From Ferrovibrio sp. (GTDB lineage Bacteria > Pseudomonadota > Alphaproteobacteria > Ferrovibrionales > Ferrovibrionaceae), in NCBI RefSeq assembly GCF_002796975.1, contig NZ_PEKV01000003.1:14870-78869 (forward strand): a stretch of DNA of 64,000 nucleotides. The letters are read 5' to 3'. Positions within the stretch are counted from its first letter, which is position 1, and every line of letters begins with the position of its first letter. Shown here piece by piece: positions 19,751-27,834 of this stretch. The notes beneath the pieces were generated by a model that was not told where the DNA came from, searched no databases, and saw only the letters and a list, made by a program, of their open reading frames with translations. A program made the translations under genes and the position numbers.

Positions 19751-22561
19751 TTACGCGAGATTCTGCTGGCCGCCAGTGCCAGCCCGCATGCCATGCAAAA
19801 AAGCCGCCGTCTCGGACACCGCATCCCGGATGCCGAGGCGTTTCACCTCGACGCTGGCCGGGAATGCCGTCAGCAGGCGCGACGGCAGCTGCGCATCCAG
19901 CACGACGAAGACGCCGTAATCGTCGGCGCGCCGCAGCAGACGGCCATAGGCCTGCTTCAGTTTCAGGCGCGTGAGAAGATCGTCATAGGCCTGGCCGCCG
20001 AAGGCCGCCTTGCGCGCCTTGTGCAGCAGGTCGGGTCGCGGCCAGGGCACGCGGTCGAACACGGCCAGCCGCAAACTCGCACCCGGCACATCGACGCCGT
20101 CGCGCATGGCATCGGTGCCGAGCAGGCAGGCATGTTCCTCGGCACGGAAGATATCGACCAGCGTGGCATTGTCGAGCGGATCGACATGCTGCGCGTAGAG
20201 CGGCAGCCCGGCGTCGGCTAGCGGCTTGAGGATGCGCTTCTGCACGGCGCGCAGGCGGAAGATCGCCGTGAACAGCCCGAGTGCGCCGCCATTGGCGGCA
20301 AGGAACAACTCGCGATAGGCGGCGGCCACCTGGTCCATCGCATCGCGCCGTACATCGGTGACGACAAAAATGCGTGTGCGGTTGGCGTAATCGAACGGCG
20401 AGGGGAAAGCGGCACGCCGCGCCGGCTGCGGCAGATGGCGGGCGCCGCTGCGGATCTCGGCGCTGTCCCAGGCAAGCTCCGGCGAAGCATCGGCCTTAGC
20501 CGGTGCGATGTCGCGCAAGGTGGCCGAGGTGACCGCCACACCATGCGCGGGCTTCAGCACGGCAGCGGCAAAGGGCAGCATCGGATCGAGATAGTGGCGA
20601 TAGAGGCCGAGATCGAGGTCGCGGCCGTCGATGCGTTCCAGCCCGAACCAGTCGACGAAGGTCGACGGCGTTTCGGTCTGCAGGTCGAGCAGCATGCTGC
20701 GCCAGGCATCCAGCGTCAGCTTTCGCCGCAGCAGGCCGCGCAGCGCACCTTCGATGCGCGAGCGCGTCGCGGTATCCAGTTCGGCGGTTTCATCCGCCAG
20801 CATGTCGCTCAGGGCTTTGGTCAGCGTGTTGACCGGTTCCAGCACGCGGTCGATGCCGCTGGCAAACTCCATCGCGGCATCGATCAGGCCGTTGACGGGT
20901 TCCTTGGTCGGGCATTCCAGACCGTAAGGCGAGTCCGGCTGCGCGCTGCGCGCGAGAATCTGTTGCCGCGCCTTGTTCAGAAATTTCTCGCCCTGGCCAA
21001 CCGGATTGCCGTCCGCGATGCGTGCCAGCCAGCCTTCGCCCGGCAGGCAGCGCGCCATCTCCACCACGGCTTCCAGCGCGGTACGGCCGCGTTCGTCCTG
21101 CGCCACCAGATCGCCGATGCGATTGGCGATGCCGCGGGCGCGGCTGCGCCGTCCGCCTTCCGGTCCGCGCAGCCAGCGCCGCAGGTCGACGCCTTCCATG
21201 CCGGTCAGGTGAGCGGCGAAGGCGCCGTCAGCGGCTTCAAACAGGTGATGGCCTTCGTCGAACACATAACGCAGCGGCTTCTGCGCATCGTCTTCTCCCC
21301 CAGAACTTCCTATGGCGGCCTGAATCATGACCAGCGCATGATTGGCAATCACCATCTCGGCCTTGCGCGATTTGCGCACGGCCCGCTCGATGAAACATTT
21401 GCGGTAATGCGGGCAGGCGGCGTGGATACATTCGCCGCGCTGGTCGGTCAGACCCAGGGTGCGGTTGCGGCCATGCAGGTCGGCGGCCCAGGCGGGAAAA
21501 TCGCCGCCGGCCAGATCGCCGTCGCGCGTCGCACCGGCCCAGCGCGCAATGAGCGACAGCGGCACCATATCCTGCGGCCGCGCCGCGCCGCCCTGCGTCG
21601 CATCTTCCAGATTCAGCAGGCAGAGATAATTCTCGCGGCCCTTGCGGATGACGACGCGGCCTTGCTTTTCCGCCGGATCGGGAAACAGGCGGTCGAGTTC
21701 GTGATCCAGCTGCCGCTGCAGGTTCTTGGTATAGGTCGAGAGCCAGACCGTGCCGCCATTCTTCTCGGCCCAGACGCTGGCCGGCGCGATATAGCCCAGC
21801 GTCTTGCCGATGCCGGTGCCGGCCTCGGCCAGCACCATCTCGGGCATGCCGATCACTTCGCGCGGCGCAAAGGCCTGCGCCACGGTGGCGGCGTAGTCGG
21901 CCTGCGTCTCACGCAGTTCAGCGGTGGTGCCGAGCAGCTGCGCAAGTCGCTCACGCGCTTCAGAGGGCGACACCGATTGCGTATCGGGCGGCGGTGGCGG
22001 CGCGTAATCCACCCATTCGGGCAGTTCCTGCCAGATATCCAGCCCGCCAAAACCGCCGCTCGGCGCCTGCGTTGCTTCCGGCCCGAGGCCGAGCAGCAGA
22101 TAGGGCGCCCAGGGCCAGCCGGATTTGTTCAGCAGCTGCGCCAGCCGCATCGACCGGCGCAACGCACGCGGCTGCTGGCGCGGCAGGTCTTCCAGCAGCA
22201 TCTGGGCCGCGTGATGCAGATACTGCACGGCCTCTTCGTCATCGGCGGCGTCGAGGTTGAGCCGTTCGAGCAGGCCATGCGGCGTCGGCAGGCAGAAGCG
22301 CGCCGGCCGCACGAAGGCAAACAGGTCGAGCAGGTCGAAAGCCATGAAGGGCTCGACGCCGAGCTTGGCGGCGGTGGCCTTGAAATGCACCAGCAGCGGC
22401 GGCGTGGCGCGGGCGCGGCGCGCGGCGGCATCGGGCGACAGCTTTTCCAGGTGACCGTTCTCGAACCACCAGGCAACACCGCCGCCGGCCACCAGCGCCG
22501 GCAGTCGACCGAGCGCTTGAGAAAGATTGCTGCCGATACCTTCGCTACTCTGCATTGCCAT
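19751..22561 (-). CDS. DinG/YoaA-family ATP-dependent Fe-S DNA helicase
   Basis: EAGTGIGKTLGY, KGRENYLCL, Cys cluster ECIHAACPHYRKC, FDEGHH, TSATL, DGVDVPG, QAYGRLLRR. Confidence 0.93.
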   Translation of the reverse strand: MAMQSSEGIGSNLSQALGRLPALVAGGGVAWWFENGHLEKLSPDAAARRARATPPLLVHFKATAAKLGVEPFMAFDLLDLFAFVRPARFCLPTPHGLLERLNLDAADDEEAVQYLHHAAQMLLEDLPRQQPRALRRSMRLAQLLNKSGWPWAPYLLLGLGPEATQAPSGGFGGLDIWQELPEWVDYAPPPPPDTQSVSPSEARERLAQLLGTTAELRETQADYAATVAQAFAPREVIGMPEMVLAEAGTGIGKTLGYIAPASVWAEKNGGTVWLSTYTKNLQRQLDHELDRLFPDPAEKQGRVVIRKGRENYLCLLNLEDATQGGAARPQDMVPLSLIARWAGATRDGDLAGGDFPAWAADLHGRNRTLGLTDQRGECIHAACPHYRKCFIERAVRKSRKAEMVIANHALVMIQAAIGSSGGEDDAQKPLRYVFDEGHHLFEAADGAFAAHLTGMEGVDLRRWLRGPEGGRRSRARGIANRIGDLVAQDERGRTALEAVVEMARCLPGEGWLARIADGNPVGQGEKFLNKARQQILARSAQPDSPYGLECPTKEPVNGLIDAAMEFASGIDRVLEPVNTLTKALSDMLADETAELDTATRSRIEGALRGLLRRKLTLDAWRSMLLDLQTETPSTFVDWFGLERIDGRDLDLGLYRHYLDPMLPFAAAVLKPAHGVAVTSATLRDIAPAKADASPELAWDSAEIRSGARHLPQPARRAAFPSPFDYANRTRIFVVTDVRRDAMDQVAAAYRELFLAANGGALGLFTAIFRLRAVQKRILKPLADAGLPLYAQHVDPLDNATLVDIFRAEEHACLLGTDAMRDGVDVPGASLRLAVFDRVPWPRPDLLHKARKAAFGGQAYDDLLTRLKLKQAYGRLLRRADDYGVFVVLDAQLPSRLLTAFPASVEVKRLGIRDAVSETAAFLHGMRAGTGGQQNLA

Positions 22562-22595
22562 CGCGTCAGGTTTGTCTGCGCTTCAATACTTGTTT

Positions 22596-22671
22596 GTCAT
22601 GCGCGGACTTGATCCGCGCATCCCATTTTTGTCGCCTAAAATGGGATCCTCGGGTCAAGCCCGAGGATGAC
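22596..22671. repeat. REP-like palindromic dyad (CCCATTT/AATGGG subtype)
   Basis: gtcatgcgcggacttgatccgcgcatcccattt ... aatgggatcctcgggtcaagcccgaggatgac. Confidence 0.85.
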
Positions 22672-22681
22672 GATTTTTATC

Positions 22682-23317
22682 TTACTGCGCTGCCCAGACG
22701 ATGCGAGCGATCCAGGCGATGTCCTGCACGTCGAAGCCGCGCTCAGGGTAAGCAGGATTGAAGGAGGCGAGTTCGATGCGGGTGAGCGTGCGGCGCGACA
22801 GCAGTTTGCACATCACTTCGCCCTGCGTGGTCTTGGCGATCACGCGGTCGCCGCGGCGCACGCTGGCGGCTGGCGATACGATCACCACATCGCCGTCGCG
22901 ATAGACCGGCAGCATGCTGTCGCCGCTGATCTCCAACGCATAGGCCTGGCTGTCGCCGATCTCGGGGAAGGGCACCTTCTCCCAGCCTTCGCCGGTCGGG
23001 AAACCGGCATCGTCGAAGAAGCCGTCCTTACCGGCCTGGGCCAGGCCGATCAGCGGAATGCGCTGCGTGCTGCGCGGCACGCCGCCGCTTTCGCTCAGCA
23101 GGTCCATGAATTCCGGCACGCTGGCGCCGGTCGCCTCGATCACCTTGGCGATCGATTCCGTCGACGGCCAGCGCTGCTTGCCGTCGCGCGAAATGCGTTT
23201 CGACCGATTGAAGGTCGTTGGATCGAGACCGGCTTTGCGGGCGAGACCGGAGGCGGTGAGGTCGTAGCGTTCGGCAAGACCGTCGAGGGCAGCCCAGATG
23301 GCGCGATGTGTCAGCAT
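22682..23317 (-). CDS. HTH + S24 peptidase (CI/LexA-like) repressor
   Basis: N-terminal HTH (SGLARKAGLDPTTFN), Ala-Gly cleavage site in IPLIGLAQAG, catalytic GDSM Ser and downstream Lys (VMCK). Confidence 0.9.
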   Translation of the reverse strand: MLTHRAIWAALDGLAERYDLTASGLARKAGLDPTTFNRSKRISRDGKQRWPSTESIAKVIEATGASVPEFMDLLSESGGVPRSTQRIPLIGLAQAGKDGFFDDAGFPTGEGWEKVPFPEIGDSQAYALEISGDSMLPVYRDGDVVIVSPAASVRRGDRVIAKTTQGEVMCKLLSRRTLTRIELASFNPAYPERGFDVQDIAWIARIVWAAQ

Positions 23318-23385
23318 GGGAAGATTGTCTTGCAAAACGGGTCATTTGCATACAGGAATATTATCTGATTTTTGCTTTGACATGA

Positions 23386-23400
23386 GAACATAATGGGAAT
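23386..23400 (+). promoter_or_regulatory. Putative alphaproteobacterial LexA (SOS) box overlapping a TTGACA promoter
   Basis: GAAC-N7-GAAT (one mismatch to GAAC-N7-GAAC), 3 nt after TTGACA at 23377-23382. Confidence 0.55.
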
Positions 23401-23466
23401 TACATCTTGTCGTTAGGCGCGAAAGTCGCCTCTGTTCTGCTCGCCTCGGGTCTGGATGTGAAACAA

Positions 23467-23937
23467 ATGAGCGAAAATCCAGCGAAACCCGGACTTCAAT
23501 CGCCAGCTTCGGCTGCAGTCGCTCCCGCCAGACCGGAACGGGCCGTCGTGGTCTTTGCCGAAGACATCCGGCTGCCGAAGCTGCGCCGGCTCAAGCCGGG
23601 CTTCCGGCACTGCTATGCCTATCTGGCCATGCCGGGCGGCTGGGTCGGCATCGATCCTCTCTCACATATGATTGAGATAAAAGGGTTTTATGACTGGCCG
23701 GTGGATGCCGATCTGGCGGCGCATCTGCGCAGCCTGGGACACTGCGCCTTGACCGTTCCGGTTCTGGCGGCGCCCAAACGCCTGGCGCCGCCGCTGCCGT
23801 TTTCCTGTGTCGAGGTGGTCAAGCGTCTGATCGGCCTGCAGAGCTGGCGGATCAGAACACAATGGGAACTATTTCTGCATTTACGGAAAATATCCCTTGA
23901 TTATGGATTTGTTTTGTTCTATATCTGGTTTTCATAG
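23467..23937 (+). CDS. Hypothetical protein, possibly a permuted papain-like (His-before-Cys) fold
   Basis: KPGFRHCYAY ... PFSCVEVVKRLIG; first gene of the phage-like unit. Confidence 0.65.
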   Translation: MSENPAKPGLQSPASAAVAPARPERAVVVFAEDIRLPKLRRLKPGFRHCYAYLAMPGGWVGIDPLSHMIEIKGFYDWPVDADLAAHLRSLGHCALTVPVLAAPKRLAPPLPFSCVEVVKRLIGLQSWRIRTQWELFLHLRKISLDYGFVLFYIWFS

Positions 23938-23952
23938 GAACAAATAGCAAAC
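23938..23952 (+). promoter_or_regulatory. Second putative LexA box, upstream of the portal operon
   Basis: GAAC-N7-AAAC within an AT-rich stretch that also contains GTTCTATATCTGGTTT (23916). Confidence 0.5.
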
Positions 23953-23986
23953 ACTTCTGGTCGATCCGCGAAAGGACTTTGCCGCC

Positions 23987-24229
23987 ATGGGTGGGATTTT
24001 CAGCTCTCCGTCGCCGCCGCCACCGCCTCCCGCGCCGCTGCCGCCCCCGGCCGAGCCGCCCGAGAGTGCCGCCGAACTGGCCGAGAAGGCGGCCCGCGAC
24101 CGTCGTCGTCGCGCCCAGGGTGAAACCATCGCCACCTCGTGGCGCGGCGTGAACGACACCGACACCGAAACGCTGGGCGGCGGCAGTTCGACCGCCAGCC
24201 GCAGCGGCAAACGCCTGCTGGGCGAATGA
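23987..24229 (+). CDS. Small Pro-rich hypothetical protein preceding the portal gene
   Basis: MGGIFSSPSPPPPPP ... RRRRAQGETIATSWRGV ... KRLLGE; resembles the small gene that precedes T7-type portals. Confidence 0.7.
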   Translation: MGGIFSSPSPPPPPPAPLPPPAEPPESAAELAEKAARDRRRRAQGETIATSWRGVNDTDTETLGGGSSTASRSGKRLLGE

Positions 24230-24255
24230 GAGCGCAGATGTCTGGCAAGACCCGC

Positions 24256-24753
24256 ATGACAACGACACAGGAAGAGTCGCGGAAAGATTCCGCAACTGAT
24301 CCTCTGCATCCTGACGCGCTGCGTCGCCGCTACGACCGGCTGCGCAGCCAGCGCGGCAGCTGGGAAGCGCTGTGGCAGGACTGCTACGACTATTCGCTGC
24401 CGGCGCGCCGTCCGAATGCCGGATCAGGCAGCACTACAGGTCGTGTCGCTGAGCGCCTGTTCGATGCGACGGCGGCCGATGCGGCCGAGCAGCTGGCGGC
24501 CACCCTGCTGGCGCAGCTGACGCCGCCGTGGTCGCGCTGGTTTGCCTTCCAGCCCGGTCGCGACGTGCCGGAAGACCAGCGCGGCGCCATGGCGAGCGAA
24601 CTCGATCGAACTGCTGAACTGCTGCAGGCGCAGTTCGACCGCAGTAATCTCGCCGTCGATCTACGCGCTTGCCCCGCGCCGCGAGATCGGCGAGCAGGCA
24701 CCGTTCCTTGCCGATTTCCATCGTCTCGAACTGCCGGTGCTGGATCAGCATGA
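24256..24753 (+). pseudogene. Truncated T7-type head-to-tail connector (portal) protein
   Basis: SWEALWQDCYDY, RLFDATAADAAEQLAATLLAQLTPPWSRWF, QFDRSNLAVD. Portal-like sequence ends at about 24660, then an out-of-frame tail runs to the stop at 24753. Confidence 0.8.
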
Positions 24754-25558
24754 CGAAAGCCGCTGGCCGGAACGTTTTCCGCGCGAAAGACTCGACAGCA
24801 TCCGGCGCCGCACCGGCGCGGCGCGGTTCGCTGCGCAGATGCTGCTGCAGCCGGTCTCCACGGAAGACGCGCGCCTCGATCCCGACCGCATTCCGCTTTA
24901 CGGCGGCGAGCTGGAGGTCGAACACCTGAGCGGCGACCGCATGCTGCTCAGCATCGAGGGCAAACGCATGGTCTCGGCCAGCTGCTGGTGGGATCCCGCC
25001 TTCGGCATGCCGCGCCATGGCGACGGCAGCGTGATCGCTGCGGTCTTTGGCGACACCGATGGTGGCTACTGGCTGCATCGCATCCAGTGGCTGGAGCAGC
25101 AGCCCGGCAGCAGCCTGGATGCCGCCAGCCAGCTTTGCGCGCAGGCCGCCGGCTTCGTGAAGGCATTGCATCTGCCCTCCGTGCGGCTGGAAACCAACGG
25201 CCTTGGCCGTTTCCTGCCCGGCCTGCTGCGCCGCGCGCTCAGTGCTGCCGACTGCGGCGCCGGCGTGGTCGAGCAGACCAGCCGCCAGTCGAAAACCGCC
25301 CGCATCCTGCAGGCTTTCGATGTGGTGCTGGCCGCCGGTGCATTGCAGGTGCATCGCAGCGTCGACGACACGCCCTTCTTTGCCGAGATGCGCGAATGGC
25401 GCGCCGACGGACGCAGCCGTGACGATGGGCTGGATGCGGTCTCGGGCTGCCTGCTGGCTGAGCCGGTGCGCTTCGGCCTGCTGCCGGCGCGGCCTGCGAT
25501 GCCCGACTGGCGCGGCGGTGCCGGGCAGCATGTGGCGAAAACGGAATTCGAAGTGTGA
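24656..25558 (+). pseudogene. 5'-truncated phage terminase large subunit (end of ATPase domain plus RNase H-like nuclease domain)
   Basis: SIYA, SRWPERFP, FAAQMLLQP, WWDPAFG..GDGSV, LETNGLG, K.ARI, RDDGLDAVSG. No start codon or Walker A region upstream in this frame. Confidence 0.8.
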
Positions 25559-25570
25559 AGGGAGGCCGTC

Positions 25571-25867
25571 ATGATCGGACAATTTGCCATCGATCTGATG
25601 TGGTGGCTCAGCATGGTGGAACTGCCGGCGCTCGGCGGCCTGTTCTGGCTGATCCAGCACCAGCGCGACCGCCAGGAGCAGAATCTGCAGCAGATGCAGG
25701 CCGAACACCGCGCCGCCATCGGCGCGACGCGTGCTGCGCTTTCAGACTTTAAATTGGACGTCGCGCAGCGCTACGCCTCGATCGCGCATCTGAAGGATGT
25801 CGAGACGCGGCTGACCGAACATCTGCTGCGCATCGAGGCCAAACTCGGCCAGCCGGTCCGTCTGTAG
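25571..25867 (+). CDS. Membrane-anchored coiled-coil protein of the lysis region
   Basis: N-terminal hydrophobic segment (WWLSMVELPALGGLFWLI) followed by a coiled coil; GGAGG RBS. Confidence 0.7.
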   Translation: MIGQFAIDLMWWLSMVELPALGGLFWLIQHQRDRQEQNLQQMQAEHRAAIGATRAALSDFKLDVAQRYASIAHLKDVETRLTEHLLRIEAKLGQPVRL

Positions 25868-25878
25868 GGGAGGGTGAC

Positions 25879-26334
25879 ATGCGTATCGACAGACTGCCAG
25901 CCGATCCGGCCGCCCGTGCGGTGGCTTGCGGAGACCATGCCTTCGCCCTGGATGTGCTGGCGCGTACGCTGTGGGGCGAGGCGCGCGGCGAAGGCCGCGA
26001 CGGCATGCGCGGTGTGGCGAATGTCGTGCTCAACCGCGCCGCCCGTCCCGGCTGGTGGGGCCGCAGCGTGGCGGAGGTGTGTTTAAAGCCCTGGCAGTTT
26101 TCCTGCTGGCTGGAGAGCGATCCCAATCGCGCGAAGCTGCTCGGCGTGGACGGCCGCGACCGTGCATTTGCCACGGCGCTGTCGATCTCGGTCGATGCGC
26201 TGGCCGGCATCCTGCCGGACTACACCTTCGGCGCCACGCATTACCACGCGCTCGACTGCGAAGTGGCATGGAGCAAAGGCCGCACGCCCTGCGCGGTAAT
26301 CGGCCGGCATGCCTTTTACAACGACATAGACTGA
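25879..26334 (+). CDS. Cell wall hydrolase (SleB/Hydrolase_2 family), putative endolysin
   Basis: LARTLWGEARGEG..GM..VA.VVLNR, KPWQFSCW, GATHYHA, IGRHAFY. Confidence 0.88.
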   Translation: MRIDRLPADPAARAVACGDHAFALDVLARTLWGEARGEGRDGMRGVANVVLNRAARPGWWGRSVAEVCLKPWQFSCWLESDPNRAKLLGVDGRDRAFATALSISVDALAGILPDYTFGATHYHALDCEVAWSKGRTPCAVIGRHAFYNDID

Positions 26335-26343
26335 GAGACGACA

Positions 26344-26748
26344 ATGCTCGACAAACTGCTGACCGCACAGATCGCCACGCCGATAGAGGCCATCGGCAAT
26401 GTCTTCGACAAGCTGTTCACGTCCGATGACGAACGCGCCCAGGCCGAGGCCGTGCTGGAAAAACTGCGCCAGCATCCGGCCGAACTGCAGGTCGAGCTGA
26501 ACAAGATCGAGGCAGCGCATCACTCGGTCTTTGTCGCCGGCTGGCGGCCTGCCGTGGGCTGGATCTGCGCCGCAGCTGTCGGCTGGGCCTATCTCGGCCA
26601 TCCGCTGTTCCTGTGGGCGGCGGCGCTCTGGTCGCCCGGCCTGCAGCCGCCTGCCATCCATACCGACAGCCTTTTCGAACTGGTGCTGGCCATGCTCGGG
26701 ATGGCGGGCCTGCGCAGTTTCGAGAAGGCGGCGGGGAAGCGGCGGTGA
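26344..26748 (+). CDS. 3TM holin (GTA-type holin family)
   Basis: IEAAHHSVFVAGWRPAVGWIC ... LVLAMLGMAGLRSFEK. Confidence 0.85.
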   Translation: MLDKLLTAQIATPIEAIGNVFDKLFTSDDERAQAEAVLEKLRQHPAELQVELNKIEAAHHSVFVAGWRPAVGWICAAAVGWAYLGHPLFLWAAALWSPGLQPPAIHTDSLFELVLAMLGMAGLRSFEKAAGKRR

Positions 26749-26759
26749 GAAGCCTCCGT

Positions 26760-26825
26760 CGTCATGCCGGGCTTGACCCGGCATCCCATTTTTTAATGGG
26801 CCTCCGGCTCAAGGCCGGGGTGACG
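26760..26825. repeat. REP-like palindromic dyad (CCCATTT/AATGGG subtype)
   Basis: cgtcatgccgggcttgacccggcatcccattttttaatgggcctccggctcaaggccggggtgacg. Confidence 0.85.
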
Positions 26826-26854
26826 GACTCCGCGCCTTCTGCTATCTCCAGCCC

Positions 26855-27199
26855 ATGACCGTGATCTACCGCATCGTCTCGGCAGCCGACTGGCAGGCGG
26901 CACAGGCGGCCGGCACCTTCGCCGGCACCGCGCATGACCTGCGCGACGGCTTCATCCATTTCTCGACAGCGAAACAGGCGGCCGAAACCGCGGCGAAGCA
27001 CTATGCCGGCAAGACCGACCTGCTGCTGCTCTATGTGCGCGACACCGATGTGGAAGCCCCGTTAAAGTGGGAAAGGTCGCGCAACGACGATCTCTTCCCG
27101 CATCTCTACGGCCAGCTTCCCGTGTCTGCCGTGTATCGCATCGATCCGCTGCCGCTGGGCGCCGACGGCCGGCATGTCTTCCCGGCGGATATGCCATGA
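26855..27199 (+). CDS. DUF952 family protein
   Basis: IYRI, DGFIHFST, LKWE.SR...LFPHLYG.L. Confidence 0.9.
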   Translation: MTVIYRIVSAADWQAAQAAGTFAGTAHDLRDGFIHFSTAKQAAETAAKHYAGKTDLLLLYVRDTDVEAPLKWERSRNDDLFPHLYGQLPVSAVYRIDPLPLGADGRHVFPADMP

Positions 27200-27834
27200 G
27201 CGGCCCGGGAAATGTTCTGGTTCGCGACCCATACTGGGGTCAGCCGCTGATCTCCTACACCGTCGTGCAGATGCTGGAGCCGGCGGCGCGCGACACCTGC
27301 GTGGAGAGTCTGCGGCAGGTGTCCGCGATTGCCGGCGGCGCCGAACATCTGCTGATCGCGCCGGCCGAGACGTTTCATCTCTCGCTCTATGCCATCGCGC
27401 CGGTGCGCTCGGATTTCGACAAGGATGCCTGGTGGCAGGTGCATGGCCAACAGGCGCTGACCGTGTTCCGCCGCTGGTGCGGCACGCAGCCGGCAGCCGT
27501 GCTGAAATTCCGCGAGCTGCGCGTCACGTCTACTGCGGTGATCGCGGTGGCCGAGCCGCATGAGGCGGTCTGGAGCCTGCGCCGCCTGCTGCGCGCCGAA
27601 GTGCCGCAGCCGCCGGGTGGCACGCCGAATTACGACATGATCCACATGACCCTGGCGCGTTACGCGCAGCCTGACAGACTGCCAGCGGACTTCGCCGCCC
27701 GCGTTGCGGCCTTGCCGCTCACGCTCGATGTGCGGCTGTTCGAACCCACGCTGGTGCGTGAAACCGCCTATCCGCTGCTCGGCGGCAAACCGGTCGAGAC
27801 GCATGTGCTGAAAACTCCGGAGACGGCGGCATGA
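27196..27834 (+). CDS. 2H phosphoesterase (LigT-like) superfamily protein
   Basis: Two HxS/T motifs (PAETFHLSL, MIHMTLAR) about 90 aa apart; ATGA overlaps on both ends. Confidence 0.65.
   Translation: MSGPGNVLVRDPYWGQPLISYTVVQMLEPAARDTCVESLRQVSAIAGGAEHLLIAPAETFHLSLYAIAPVRSDFDKDAWWQVHGQQALTVFRRWCGTQPAAVLKFRELRVTSTAVIAVAEPHEAVWSLRRLLRAEVPQPPGGTPNYDMIHMTLARYAQPDRLPADFAARVAALPLTLDVRLFEPTLVRETAYPLLGGKPVETHVLKTPETAA

Noticed and set aside
24640-24760. Programmed frameshift joining portal and terminase into one functional protein
   Set aside because: No slippery sequence, and both parts lack essential domains; a deletion explains it better.
22682-26748. Intact inducible prophage or complete RcGTA cluster
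   Set aside because: No capsid, tail, integrase or replication genes. The portal and terminase are truncated, and the portal is T7-type rather than the HK97-type of RcGTA.
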